DNA from: an uncultured Chloroflexia bacterium
GTDB lineage: Bacteria; Chloroflexota; UBA6077; JACCZL01
Length of the DNA stretch: 64,000 nt
Direction: 5' to 3'
Assembly: GCA_963765765.1 (NCBI GenBank)
Contig: CAVXYC010000028.1
Coordinates: 1-64,000 of the forward strand
Under the pieces are notes generated by a model that did not search any database, had not been told where the DNA came from, and saw only the letters and a program-made list of their open reading frames with translations. Every line of letters starts with the position of its first letter. Positions within the stretch are counted from its first letter, which is position 1. Shown one piece after another: positions 10,556-21,743 of this stretch. The translations under genes were made by a program, and so were the position numbers.

Positions 10556-11168
10556 TCAAGAAGTCCAGAACCGCCGCCAGCGGACCCAGAACCTACCCGG
10601 ACGCTCCTCGGCTGGCTGTGAGTCCGCTGTGTGCGTCTCCTGGGGTCCTTGGGCGTCCTGCTGTTGAGCATCCGGGCTCTCCTGACTGTCATCGGTTGTC
10701 ACAGATGGCACCGTGTCAGGGCTGACAGGCGGGCTGCCATTGTCAACGGTCACTGACGGTTGCTCTGACAGTTGACGCTCAAGGTCCTCGACCCGTTCGC
10801 TTAGTCGACCTTTCTCTTCGGCCAGGCTGGCGATCTGCTCGCGCATGGCGGCCATCTCTGCCATCACCGGCTCGAGCTGGCGGCTGACAGCCATGCTGAA
10901 GCGATCCACGAGCACGATCGCCCGCTCGGTGCTGTCATCGTCCTGCCGTTGGCGCTGACTGTCAGGTGTCACTGACGGTCGGTCTGTCAGTGACACCCAG
11001 ACCTCGATCCGCCCGCTCTCCGTCTCTCGCCGAGTCAGGCGACCTTGCGCGATGCGGCGGAAGAGACGTCCGCTCACTGACACCCAGGCGCTGCATGGCA
11101 GTCCGAGTGTCCACCCATTCGCCTGCCTCACCCGCTGGCTGGCTGTCGCTGTCAGGTGTCATTGTCAT
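10556..11168 (-). CDS. HTH / coiled-coil / Trp-rich-tail protein, paralog 2 (frameshift near 11065)
   Basis: WVDTRTAMQRLGVSERT(L)FRRIAQGRL; MREQIASLAEEKGRLSERVEDLERQL; GRFWVRWRRFWTS*. Confidence 0.8.
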
Positions 11169-11206
11169 GACGCGGCAGTGTACGTCAAAGCCACTCCCTG
11201 AGACAG

Positions 11207-11443
11207 TCAGGGCTTAGGGCGCTTGAAGATCCACTTCGCACTGCTTGGATTACCGTGGCCAATTGAAGGGTAGTTCTCAACGCCAACGAGCTCCCCATCC
11301 ATTTTCGCCCAGGTCGTCCAGAAGCTCCCTGGCAAAGTATCCCGGGTTGCATCCGTGACGAGTGCCCCGTTATCTCCTGAACTGTCGGACCACTGTGACG
11401 CCTGGTAGCTCAGGAAGACTTCTCGGTACTCCCACCGCTGCAT
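11207..11443 (-). CDS. DUF4177-like small protein
   Basis: MQRWEY...DG(W)ELVGV...WIFKRPKP; GGAGG RBS. Confidence 0.7.
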   Translation of the reverse strand: MQRWEYREVFLSYQASQWSDSSGDNGALVTDATRDTLPGSFWTTWAKMDGELVGVENYPSIGHGNPSSAKWIFKRPKP

Positions 11444-11476
11444 GACTCCCTCCTCCGCGACCTTGGAAACAAGCCG

Positions 11477-11575
11477 TTAGATAGCGAGGTACTTGCTGCT
11501 GCTCTCGGTGGGCCTGGCGTGCAGGTAGCGGCCAGTCGTGCCAACGGACGCATGGTCTAGAGTCGCCTGCCCTGG
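11477..11575 (-). pseudogene. C-terminal remnant of a tyrosine recombinase (resolvase/Xer-like)
   Basis: QATLDHASVGTTGRYLHARPTESSSKYL matches box II (LGH..I.TT.RY) including the catalytic Tyr. Confidence 0.75.
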
Positions 11576-12112
11576 AACCGGTTCGGGATGACGGTTGTAT
11601 CGTTGGCAACAGGTCGAGGCGTGGCATATGATCCTCCCTCTGGAGTAATCGGCTGACACTTGACCCTCCGCCGGATAAGGTCTATCCCCGACGACTGGGA
11701 TGAGATTCGTACCCGCAAGTCGCTCCCTGCGGCGGTTGGAATCTCGATGTGCCCGGCCCACGGATGGGTGCCATCGCGGCCAAGCATCGATTCTCATACG
11801 TGGATCTTCGTCCCACGTTCCTCCAGGAAGCGGACTCCCAGATCGCCTCTTCTACCGATCTGATATCCAGTGGACGGAGCGTGGTCACGATGTTGCCGCT
11901 CAGCGATTGGCCGAAGCTCTTTTGAGCGCTTCGGTTGAAGCACGAGAGTCAAGATAGCCAGGGAGTACAACCGGCCACTCGACTTCGGCTGCTATCATGT
12001 CCTGCGTCGACGCAGAACGTGACGCTCTCAGCGAGGCCGGATGGTCAGCGGCAGGCAAAGTCATCCCATCTCTCCGAGTCACCATCCGTACAACAACTTC
12101 CGATTGGTCACC

Positions 12113-13446
12113 ATGTCACATGCTCTCCACGTCGCTCCGCCGCGCCTGCATCGATGGCTCACGCTGTTTTGGTCGACCTGGCTGGTATCGGCGCTCATAT
12201 GCGGCGCCTTGGTGTTCACACCCGGTTAATGAAAGCGACATCCTCCACTACAAGCACTGGGCTCGGAAGGTCACCCTCAACGGCGTGGAGAGCGCGTACA
12301 CCGGGAAGAGCACGCGCGACTATGTGATGTATCCGCCGGTCTTCGTGTACGTCTACGCGGCCGTTGGTCATGGTTACGCTCAGTGGATCGATCCCGGCTT
12401 CGACATTGAACGCATGAAGGCAAGCTCCACCCTCACCGCGGGGATCAAGGGCGTTGCGGTCGCTGCGCATCTCGCCCTTGGGGCCTCGCTTTTCGCTCTC
12501 CTTCGGAGACTTCACTCTGAGAAGTGGGCGGCCATCGCAAGCGCGACGTATCTCCTCAACCCGGCCGCAATCTTTGGCTCAGCCGTGTGGGGGGCGCCGG
12601 ACGGACTCCATTCGCTTGGCATCCTTGCCGCGTACGGCCTGGCCGAGCTGGAGTATGGGTGCCGCCTGGCTCGCGCTGGCTCTTGCCGCGTTATGCAAGC
12701 CTCAGGCCTGGATTCTCATGCCGCTGTTCGGCTTTCGTCAGCTCAACGTGGGAGGAAGGCGAAGAATCCTGGGGGGTGGGCTGATCGCGGGCTTGACTCT
12801 TGGCCTCGTGATTCTTCCGTACATTCTCAGTCAGCGCCTCGATGAGCTCCTGACGCTTCCGCCAGCCATCGCGCAGTACATGCCGTATGCATCCGTCAAT
12901 GCGCACAACTTCTGGTGGCTTGTTGCCGATGGTCGACTCTTGCTCGATCGCGTGCCGTGGATCGGGTCAATCACGTATGAGCAAGCGTCCATGGCGCTAG
13001 TGCTGGCATTCACGATGTGCGTGCTGCGCCAGGCGCGGGTTGAGCGGCGGGGCAGGCTGTTCCTGCTGGCGGCGTATCAAGCGTTTGGCTGGTTCTGCCT
13101 CTCCACGCAGCTCCACGAAAATCACTCGTTTCTCGTAATACCGCTCCTGGCGCTGGCGCTCCCGTTCGATGGATGGGTCTGGAAACCGTTACTCGCGGTC
13201 TCCACCACCCTTCTGGCCAATATGATGCTGCATGACGGAAGTATCGCCGCGTCACTTTCGAGCGATCTTGTCCACCGCTTTACGATGATGAATGCGCTTG
13301 GTAATATGGCCATTCTGGCAGGCTGGACCTGGCAGCTTCTGGTGATGCCATCCGCTGTATCGACACGGCGCAGCTTAGGTGTGACCGGATTCCTGCCAGG
13401 GCGGAGCTCGCGTTTGATTCGGATCGTTGAGCACAAGGCCGGCTAG
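12113..13446 (+). CDS. GT-C fold membrane glycosyltransferase (mannosyltransferase-like; frameshifted)
   Basis: SDILHYKHW, YPPVFVY, LLNPAAIFGSAVWGAPD, LCKPQA, SVNAHNFWWL, TQLHENH; many TM segments. Confidence 0.75.
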
Positions 13447-13469
13447 AAGTCGGACATCATCCGGATCCT

Positions 13470-13701
13470 TCAGGAAGTCGAATTACTGGAGTGCTCGGTC
13501 GTCGCCATGGTCATGAATCCGAGCGCGGCCGTCGAGAGCGTCAAGCATCGCACTGGCGGGCGTGTCATCAACAACATTCCGCTCGAGCTTGCGCGGCGGC
13601 GTCTGGTACGGAAGGGGATTCTTCCCCCATCGAGGCTCGACGTACCGCGCCAGGAGCTCCGAGCGAGCCGGGCCATGCTGGAGCGTCTGATCCGTCGCTG
13701 A
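13470..13701 (+). pseudogene. 3' part of a phage-like hypothetical gene
   Basis: Short open frame ending LERLIRR* just before the 59-bp repeat. Confidence 0.3.
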
Positions 13702-13780
13702 GCGCACGCGGGGGAGTGTCAATAGTGTCAACCGCCCCGCCGTGCTCCAAATTGCTGCAATTGGCAATTTCGACCGTCGA

Positions 13781-13839
13781 GCCCCCGTCTGCTACATCTT
13801 TCGGGGGCTCTTCAATGCCTATTGACGGGTGCCGGTTTC
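13781..13839. repeat. 59-bp identical repeat with hairpin (second copy 22539-22597)
   Basis: GCCCCCGTCTGCTACATCTTTCGGGGGCTCTTCAATGCCTATTGACGGGTGCCGGTTTC in both places. Confidence 0.92.
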
Positions 13840-14019
13840 ACACTTGCCGCCACTGCCTTGAAGATGGTTAAGTGTCCCGGCGCAAAGCGCGATCTGGCGA
13901 CTCAACTGCCAGGCGCGCTAACGTCGGTGCACTCATCATCCTTCGCCCATGACATTCCGCCTCTGTAATGGCTCCCCCAGTTCGCACAGCGTCAGGATTC
14001 TGATGCAGGCGGAACCTCG

Positions 14020-15774
14020 GTGCCTGCTGGAGAGACGTTCGTGATGAGTCTCCAGCGCATGGTTAGCGCGCTGATTGTGCTGCTCGCCATGACGCTGTCG
14101 ACTTCGACCCAAAGCGCCATGCTCGCTGATTCTGGGGCCGATGGCTCTTCGCTGGAATCGGTCAACCTCGGCCGCCGCTTACTCCGCGCTGGGTGTTCCT
14201 ACCCTGGGCCTGGGAGGACGACGACCAGGATGCTCGTGCCGTCATTGATCTCGTGGACGGTTATCGAATTCCGGGGCATCCCGCTCGGGGCGGTCGTCAT
14301 CGATAGCCCGTGGGCCACGAATTACAACTCCTTTGAATTCGGACCCAATTACCCCAGGCCTGCCGAGCTCATGTCCGAGCTCAAACAACGAGGCATTCGA
14401 GTCATTCTGTGGGCTACCGGAATGATCAATGTGTCGTCTACTGATGGAGCCAATCTCGGCAAGGCCGACAACTACGACGAGGCGTACGCGGCCGGCTACT
14501 TCGTCAATCGCGGTCAGACTTACAACTGGTTGAAGGGTGTAGGAAGCGGCATCGACTTCTTCAATCCAGCCGCCGTCGCCTGGTGGGAAAAGCAGCTCGA
14601 TAAGATCATGTCGCTGGGAGTCTCAGGCTGGAAGGTGGACTATGCCGAACGCCAACTTCCATCAGATGTAGAAACCGCCGCTGGCACCAAGACCCAGGCG
14701 GAGTACGGAGATGCCTACTATCGAGCTTTTTACAGGTACACCATCAGCCGCGACCCGGAGGCATCATCCTGGCGCGGCCATTCGATGATAAGGAAAATTT
14801 TGCACCTGTAGATGCGAACCCGGCTGGCTGGGTAGGCGATCAGAACCCATCCTGGGGCAATGACGGCATTGACGAGGCAGTGGACAACATGATTATTTCC
14901 GCCGAGCACGGCTATGCCGTGGTTGGATCGACATCGGCGGCTACGCTTACGGCGAGCGTGACGCTGAGCAGTTCGTTCGATGGGCACAACTTGGCGCTCT
15001 TAGTCCGCTCATGGAAAACGGCGGTAGAGGCGAGCATCGTCCGTGGCGGTATGGCCCCGAGGTGCTGAACATTTATCGGCGCTTCGCCATTCTTCACTAT
15101 GAGCTTGTGCCATATCTGTACAGCCTGGGCATCGAGGCGCATCGAACGGGTACGCCAATACTCCGTCAGACCAATCGGAACAATCGTCAATACCAGCTTG
15201 GCCCTGACCTGCTGGTCGTTCCGATGACGGGCGTGGGGGGGCAGCGTGTAGTGGAGCTGCCTGAAGGCGAGCGCTGGTACGACTTCTGGGACGACGATGA
15301 GATCCTGGAAGGCGGGGCGCGGTTTCAGGTGTCAATGCCGCTCGACAGGGCGCCACTCTACATCCGCTCCGGTGCGATTCTGCCTCTTCAGGTTGAAGAC
15401 GACACGTGGGGGCACGGCGGCGCGGCTTCGGCTGACGCATTGACGCTGCTCATCTATCCCGCGGCTCACTCTCGCATTGCCTACTATCCGGACCCCAGTC
15501 ACAAGATCGATATCGAGGTGAAGCGCCAGATGTTCTCCGGCTCGGTACAGATAGGCGCGGGGCAGGACTCGTTCGTCCTGCGGATCAAGAGTCGTCCGCC
15601 CCCGCGTCCGTGTCAGCGCAGCAGCGTAATTCGGAGTTGAGCGTCGATGAGATAGCAACCTGGGATGCGTTTGACCGACCCGTGGACAGCTGGTACTACG
15701 ACACGGCCGGTCAATATCTGTGGATAAGACTCACCGGTGATGGCTCTCCGCTGAGCGTGTCGTACCGCTTCTGA
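14020..15774 (+). CDS. secreted glycoside hydrolase family 31 (frameshifted)
   Basis: IPLGAVVIDSPW, IDFFNPAAVAWW, GWKVDY nucleophile motif, LVPYLY, YQLGPDLLVVP, APLYIRSGAILP. Confidence 0.85.
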
Positions 15775-15785
15775 CCGCACGATGG

Positions 15786-15823
15786 CTCAGTCTTTTGAGC
15801 ACCTCTCAGTCTTTTGAGCACCT
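15786..15823. repeat. 19-bp tandem duplication
   Basis: CTCAGTCTTTTGAGCACCT x2. Confidence 0.9.
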
Positions 15824-16065
15824 CGATGTTGTTCATGGCGCCCTGGTAGCCACCGTTGATCCCGCCGGCGATCAATCGCCTCGTTCACCTGGACCAGCGC
15901 CGCGGTGAGCCGCGCGACCGCATCCGCATTCTCGCTCTGCTCTTCAATCAAATCCTGAAGGCTCTCCACCATCAGTTCAAGGACCTCAAGACTGTGGAGC
16001 CCCGTCTCAGCTTCCAACCGACGCACGAGCTCCTGGAGCGCCTCATCCGGCCCCAGCCCCGTCAC
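15787..16065 (-). CDS. recurrent helical gene 'V' (most complete copy)
   Basis: MTGLGPDEALQELVRRLEAETGL...; partial copies at 4273-4500, 22730-22762 and 24000-24086. Confidence 0.7.
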   Translation of the reverse strand: MTGLGPDEALQELVRRLEAETGLHSLEVLELMVESLQDLIEEQSENADAVARLTAALVQVNEAIDRRRDQRWLPGRHEQHRGAQKTERCSKD

Positions 16066-16068
16066 TGC

Positions 16069-16323
16069 TCACGTCGCGACGCATGAGTCGAACGTTTCCG
16101 AGTACGCCAAGCCCGAGAGTCCCGGATAGTGCACCTGCATGCTGGCCACAACCTCCATCGCGACCAGAAAGCAGTCCGCACCCTTATCTCCATGACGGTC
16201 GACCGCTCGCTCGCACATCTTTCGCAAGGCCTCGGCAGCCTTCCCAATGTCGACTCGCGGTGGAAAACCTGTGATTGCGGTCTGCCGCGCCGACCGCCCA
16301 ATGGACGCAATCTCACCAGTCAA
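16069..16323 (-). CDS. hypothetical protein
   Basis: 84-aa ORF directly upstream of gene V. Confidence 0.35.
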   Translation of the reverse strand: MTGEIASIGRSARQTAITGFPPRVDIGKAAEALRKMCERAVDRHGDKGADCFLVAMEVVASMQVHYPGLSGLAYSETFDSCVAT

Positions 16324-16830
16324 CGCATTTGCCGGGCACCTGAGGATCAGGTGCAGCTAAAGCAACAAATGGCAGAACGGTGTTTAAGAGGAGCGCAACG
16401 AGTGCAGGCGTCAAGAATCGCATCCCAGCCTCCGACCAAAGTTGCGAATTTAATACCACGACAACTGGGCCGACCCTCGACCTGCACATGACCCGAGAGA
16501 CCCTATGGATCCCATCGGCGAGGATCGCCAGTCATTGTGCGGGGTCATACTTTTGTTCGCACTACGCCCGGGGGCGCGCACGCGCGCCTAAGTCCGGTGT
16601 TTTGTTCGTGGTCCGGGGGCACATACACGCGCGTAGCGCCCCTTGCAGCGGCCGGTGAATAAATCCCCCAGGCCGTTCCTACGTCACTGATGCTGTGAGC
16701 ACCACCGGTGAGCGGGCCCCTCCCCTCCCGACGGCGTCCCGGGCCGCCGGGGTGGGCACGTCTCCCAACGTCACCCCGGCTGCCCATCGGCCAGCCCCAG
16801 TCTACTCCCCGGGGAGATTGGACCCGGTAC

Positions 16831-16877
16831 TGATTATCACAACCAGACGTAACGGACTGGCTAGTCGGCACCTTCTC
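16831..16877. other. site B copy (right arm plus extension; left arm replaced)
   Basis: TGATTATCACAACCAGACGTAACGGA identical to 7741-7766. Confidence 0.75.
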
Positions 16878-17082
16878 TCGGTTCGATCTGCGCGAGAGAA
16901 CAGCGCAGAGGCGTAACCGACGTTTGCCAGACGTTTCCGTGCAGGTCGGTGCTCAGCGCCACGCGGGGGCCGATCAGGTAGACCGCGTCGTCGCCTGATC
17001 CCTCGATCCCGTCCACAACACTCTCCGTGCCGGTGGCTCGAATTCGAACAGAATCGCCAACTCCGGGCGGCCATTGCTGCAT
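16861..17082 (-). CDS. small beta-barrel (SH3-like) hypothetical protein
   Basis: PPGVGDSVRIRATGTESVVDGIEG pattern. Confidence 0.4.
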   Translation of the reverse strand: MQQWPPGVGDSVRIRATGTESVVDGIEGSGDDAVYLIGPRVALSTDLHGNVWQTSVTPLRCSLAQIEPREGAD

Positions 17083-17128
17083 CGTCACGCCCCCATCGGC
17101 CCCCCATTGTTCCACAAGCAGGCCGCTG

Positions 17129-17479
17129 TTATGTTAACTCCTCGCGGAGCGCCTCTCTGACGAAGTGATCGAGCTGGCTTTCTGAAATCCCTATCCACTC
17201 AGCGGGTGATTGAACCCCGCTCCCCTGGAGCGAACAAGCCTCACGGCCCTGTGTCGCATCATCCAGAGCTCGTTGGGCTTGGTCGAACTCCTCGAGCTCA
17301 TGCAGCTCGTCCTCGTGGCTCACCCGGGACGCGTTGATCACCGCATCAGAATCCGGATGCGTTTTCCGGCGCTCTTGCATGCGATCCGCTCGATCCGTGG
17401 CCGTCTCTATCCGTGTCCGGGCGACCCTAAATCGAACAACAATGTCTAGGCGCCGCTGCTGCTCCTCAGTTAAGTTCAT
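17129..17479 (-). CDS. recurrent helical gene 'T'
   Basis: MNLTEEQQRRLDIVVRFRVARTRIE resembles MELTRGEKLALIVRVNVANGAVE at about 18876. Confidence 0.55.
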   Translation of the reverse strand: MNLTEEQQRRLDIVVRFRVARTRIETATDRADRMQERRKTHPDSDAVINASRVSHEDELHELEEFDQAQRALDDATQGREACSLQGSGVQSPAEWIGISESQLDHFVREALREELT

Positions 17480-17614
17480 CACGCATCCCTCAGCACCATT
17501 GTTTCTTAAGCCCAGCGTCCAATTCATGATGCGTCATCCCACACCGCGGCCGCGTCTTCCGATAGCACGCTGATGAAGTTGTTGAATTCGGAATCGGAAA
17601 TAGTCATGATGTGG

Positions 17615-17815
17615 TGTCTCCTTGCTGGGGGACGCCCCGGTCGCGGTCGTGGACGGCGTTCCACCCTGGCCACGTCCTCGGCAGGGGATTGCGGCTCAAT
17701 GGGCTGGTCAGGCCTCATCGCAGCACCCACGCTTCCATCCGCTCAGCCAGGCAGAACAGGTCCGCTGACTTGAGCTCGGGCCGGCTGGCGCAGAACGCGG
17801 CCGCACGCTTGTGGG
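17615..17815 (-). pseudogene. gene 'S' 3' fragment plus conserved leader
   Basis: AAAFCASRPELKSADLFCLAERMEAWVLR*; DNA closely matches 26540-26595. Confidence 0.8.
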
Positions 17816-18208
17816 GGCGAGTCAGGACTGTGAGCGAGGAGGCCTGCGGCGCGTTGCTCGCGCCGTGGGGGCCAGGTTACGCCGGTAGCAGGTTAGTTCT
17901 CGGCTGACCGCTCGGCGTCCATCCGCTGGCGACAGAGCTCCATCGCAGCTTCGCACAGCTCGCGGCTCGTAGCGACCAGCACGCGCGCGTATTCAAGTGC
18001 GCGGGCGTATTCATCATGGCGCCGTCGCCACTCGCAGAGGTGGTCATCCATGCTTTCATCGTAGCAAGCCGCCTACGCGCGACTCTGAATGCTGGTGCCC
18101 GCCCACCCTACGCCGCGCCTAAGTTCAGAGTTTGTTCGTAGTACCGGGGGGCGCCGTGGTGGCCGAGACGAGACGCGGCAGGGGTAAACGTGCGCAAGAG
18201 CAACCGCG

Positions 18209-19260
18209 TTACCTGGGCCAAGGTTCTACGGCATACTTCAGCGCCAGCACTGCAGCGCTCCAGCCACACCCAACGGGCATCGTCAGGGTGCAACGCGCCT
18301 GACCGGCTGCGAACCTGGGGGGTTCTTCGTCCGTGGCACCGGGTATGGCCGCACGGTAGTAGTCCAGCTCCGCTTGCGCCTCGGCGGTCCATTGGCGCTT
18401 TGGCTGCATCGGATCCCGACTGGCCATGCTCAGCGGTCCGCAATCCACGCGCCACCTTGACCATCCTGATCCCGCGGCCGTGCATGGTCGACCCGCACAA
18501 AGAGCAGCGCGAGCTGGTCATCCCGCAGCGCGAGGTATTCGGCAATCACATCTCGGCTCTTATGGTGAGTCAGACTCCGCGAGTACGATCCTCGTCGCCT
18601 GGATGACCTCAGCATCGGTAATGTCCCCACCCACGCGGCGAGCGCCCGCTGACGCGCTTCAACGGTGGCGTAGGCGCGAGAATCACCCAGCGCCTTGCCC
18701 ATGGCTGCGTCCGCGCGTTCGAGATCCTCTATCGCCTGAGTCAACGCGAGATCCAGGGGTTTTGGATCATCACCCGCTCTCCGCTGGGCTATCCGGTTCT
18801 GCACCGCCTCGACCGCGCCGTTTGCCACGTTAACACGGACAATGAGAGCCAGCTTCTCCCCGCGTGTAAGCTCCATCACGCCCTCCCCTCTCACGAGCCA
18901 CGCCTCCCAATACTCGGCCAGTCGGGTGACATCCTTGCTGGTGAGCTCGCGGCCGCTGGCGAAGTCCACCGCGGCCTTCAACGCCACCGCACGGACGGTC
19001 TGCTTGGACACCACTCCAGACCCCGAGGCTGTGTGTCGTGCATCTGTGTGGCCCTGGGGCGATTCTGGCGCGTTCAAGATCACGGCACTCATCACGAAGC
19101 CGCGAGAGTCGGTTGACAGCTCCACCCGGTCACCACCCTCCAGTGTGGGCAGATTCTTGGCATAGCGGGAGATGACGAGTGGCTCGTCACGCTCGTGCAG
19201 GATGATCGACGAACCGTTGCAGCGTTGGACGGTCCCGGGGCGCCACCAGCGCATGGATGC
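18209..19260 (-). CDS. element backbone cluster: gene 'S' (OB-fold-like N-terminus), gene 'T', gene 'U'
   Basis: GTVQRCNGSSIILH...ISRYA...GDRVELSTDSRGFV then RAVALKAAVDF...EAWLV; MELTRGEK; QWTAEAQAELDYYRAAIPG. Confidence 0.55.
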
Positions 19261-19816
19261 GCACGACACCAGCCGCGGGCGTAGGGGGTACGCTCGCAAC
19301 CGGAGATGGTGCACGCCGACACGGTGGCGAGGCTCCCTGCCGGAAGCAGGCGGTCATGGCCGTGAGCATGCTCAGCGGGTGTACCGTCGCCTCAGCGTGG
19401 ACCAGCGATGCGGCGAGCAGAGCGGAGATGAGCGCGGGGAGCATAGTGCGGCCATTCTACTTCTGGCTGGTCGTCCATGTCAGCGCGGTGTCCCCCGTCT
19501 GCCCGTCGAGCCTGTCGTGGAGTATGGCGGGATGTGCTCAAGTCCTCCATTTCACATGGAAGAGCCTGCCTGGATCCGCTGTTCCGGGGCGTTCGAGGGT
19601 GCCCCGTGAGTCACCTGGGCGATTGCAGCACCACGGGTGTGAGACTGCTGGCGTTCTTCCCCTCGTACATATGCTGTAGTGCATTCACCAAGCCGATATC
19701 CATGATGGTCCTCCGCTTCGTTCGTGCCTTCAGGCTACCGCTGGCGGGGACGGGGCGCCGTCAACCGGGCGACAGTGCCGGTGTGCATCTGGCGACACTC
19801 TGTGTCTCCGAGCGGA

Positions 19817-19999
19817 TCACGCTGAGGTGATCGGCTGAATCAGCTCCGGCCCCTGACCGCTCGTTCTGTTCACCTTCTTCGAGACGGGGAACGCCTGCAT
19901 GGACTCGGCCGGGTAGGGCATCAGCATGGTCAGCGCTTCGGCCGTGTCGGTCATCTTCGGATCCAGCCAGACGTCTTCCAACGCGGGTAGCAGGATCGC
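19817..19999 (-). pseudogene. C-terminal remnant of an SOS response-associated peptidase (SRAP/YedK family)
   Basis: ILLPALEDVWLDPKMTD...LMPYPAESMQAFPVSKKVNRTSGQGPELIQP*. Confidence 0.8.
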
Positions 20000-20034
20000 T
20001 TCACCTCCACACGGCGGCCACTATACTGGCGCCG

Positions 20035-20292
20035 ATGTTCAAAGGCTCGAAGCGCCTGCTGTACGTCGGGATCGTTGTGGGGTGGCTACTGGCCATCGCG
20101 GCCGATCAGCTCGTCGGGTACGAGTATCGACTTCACCATGAGTGCTGTATTCCTCCAAGAGAGACGCAGATATTGGTCTCTGATGGGTGGGAATACGTAC
20201 AAGAGTTGCAGGAGCGCGACTACTATCTGCGCCGCCAGCGCTGGATGGGGTGGGTCGAGGATCTGCGCTGTAACCCTCGCTGGTGCTTCTAG
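20035..20292 (+). CDS. small membrane-anchored DUF4177-like protein (intact copy, within repeat 19996-20367)
   Basis: N-terminal TM, YEY, DGWEYV, YLRRQR; TATACT 7 nt before the ATG. Confidence 0.7.
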   Translation: MFKGSKRLLYVGIVVGWLLAIAADQLVGYEYRLHHECCIPPRETQILVSDGWEYVQELQERDYYLRRQRWMGWVEDLRCNPRWCF

Positions 20293-20395
20293 GGCATCAA
20301 CTCAATCACGATCACCGGGTTGCCGGTGATCGCTCAGATTTCACGCTACGGCGCTCTGGTGAGGGGTAGCCGAAAAACGCCGGGTCGGAAGCCTT

Positions 20396-20853
20396 CTAGT
20401 GCCCGCCGGGTGACTGGGCGCCACTGAGCCAGCCATAGACCTTATCGGACAGGTTGTGCTCGACATCGTGCGCCGCCGTCACCGGACGGGCCGCCGCGGC
20501 AACATCTTCATCGCGCAGCGTGCCCTCGAGCGCCTGGAGATGCTGGACGAGCTCGGTGGCCATGGGCTGAACCTCCTGCGGCCACTGCGTCGCTTGCGTG
20601 GCGATCCGGGCGCGGCGCACCCGGCCAAGCGCGCCGGCGACGAACTCACCGTTGTTGAGCTTCACGTCGAGGTCATGCAACCCGGCTGAATCCAGTTGAT
20701 AGATCACCGCCATCACCTGGGCCTTCTGCGCCGCGAGCGCGAGGTCCTGCTGCGCTTCCGCCGGCCGCGGGCCCACGGAGAGCAGCGCGCTGATACTAAC
20801 GATCGTCATGCCAATGATCAGGCCGATCACCGTGGACACCGGGTGTAGACCAT
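20396..20853 (-). CDS. secreted His-containing helical protein
   Basis: Signal peptide ending AEA; GLHDLD, LVQHL, AAHDVEHNL. Confidence 0.65.
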
Positions 20854-21009
20854 AGGGAGACTCCTTGAGGGCATGGTATAGCTCAGTCCGGTCGGGTCAA
20901 TAACGAACCGGTGGGCATTACCTCCGCCTCGAGGCATCCTCCCTGTTATGGTGTCCGTGCATTTCTCCATGCAGGGGAATGCGTTGACCCCGGAAAGGGG
21001 GTAAGGCCG

Positions 21010-21188
21010 TGGACACTCCACAGTGCGCTGACACAGAGCTCGCCGAACGTCTGACTGCCCGCGAGATCGAGGTGCTCCGTCTCGTGGCGGAAGGATGCGA
21101 TAACCAGACGATCGCCACCTGCCTCGAGCTCGATCGGGCCACCATTCAAACACACGTCGATGCGGTGCTCACCAAGCCGTCGGGCTAG
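21010..21188 (+). pseudogene. LuxR-type HTH fragment
   Basis: LTAREIEVLRLVAEGCDNQTIATCLELDRATIQTHVDAVLTK. Confidence 0.75.
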
Positions 21189-21197
21189 TGACTGGAT

Positions 21198-21494
21198 TCA
21201 GTGAGCGCCTTGACTCGCACGCTCGGTCCAGTCCAGGTGCCTTACTGATCTCGAGGCAGCCGGTTCGCGGTCCGCCAGCTTGGCACGCAGCCAGCGGAAC
21301 ATCGCGGTGCAATCGCCGTCCGTATGGCCGGCAGGCCGATACTCCGCTCGGAGCCTGTCGATGATGGGGGCCGCGGCCGATCGCAGCTCTCCGAAGGCCT
21401 CGTCTGACGGGCTCCGATCAACGGTGTGAAGCGCCACCCGGAATCGCTCGAGCAGAGCGTCTCGGTCCTGATCGTTCGTCCTATGGGGGTTCAT
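21198..21494 (-). CDS. hypothetical protein
   Basis: MNPHRTNDQDRDALLERFRVAL..., helical composition. Confidence 0.4.
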   Translation of the reverse strand: MNPHRTNDQDRDALLERFRVALHTVDRSPSDEAFGELRSAAAPIIDRLRAEYRPAGHTDGDCTAMFRWLRAKLADREPAASRSVRHLDWTERASQGAH

Positions 21495-21703
21495 TGTTTC
21501 ACACCTCTGCAAGGAACTCCGGTAGCCTCTAACTCGTCCACATCCGCCACCCGACCCACACCGCTGGCTGCGCTGTTCCCCCAGTATCTGCAAAAAGTGA
21601 CGTCTAGATAGATGCACCTTGACATAAAAATGCACGCAGATAGACACCAACTTCGTTGAGTAGAGATCTAGGACACCGTTCCCCCCCACCTCGGGGCGTC
21701 GAA

Positions 21704-21743
21704 AGAGCGCCACGCTTGTGCTGACCAAACGTGGCGCTCTCTA
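21704..21743. terminator. strong hairpin, possible terminator
   Basis: AGAGCGCCACG-N-CGTGGCGCTCT inverted repeat. Confidence 0.45.

Noticed and set aside
17112-17139. Chromosomal dif site (TTATGTTAACT resembles a XerD arm)
   Set aside because: No XerC-like arm ending in TAA 6 bp upstream; it coincides with the last codons (ELT*) of gene T
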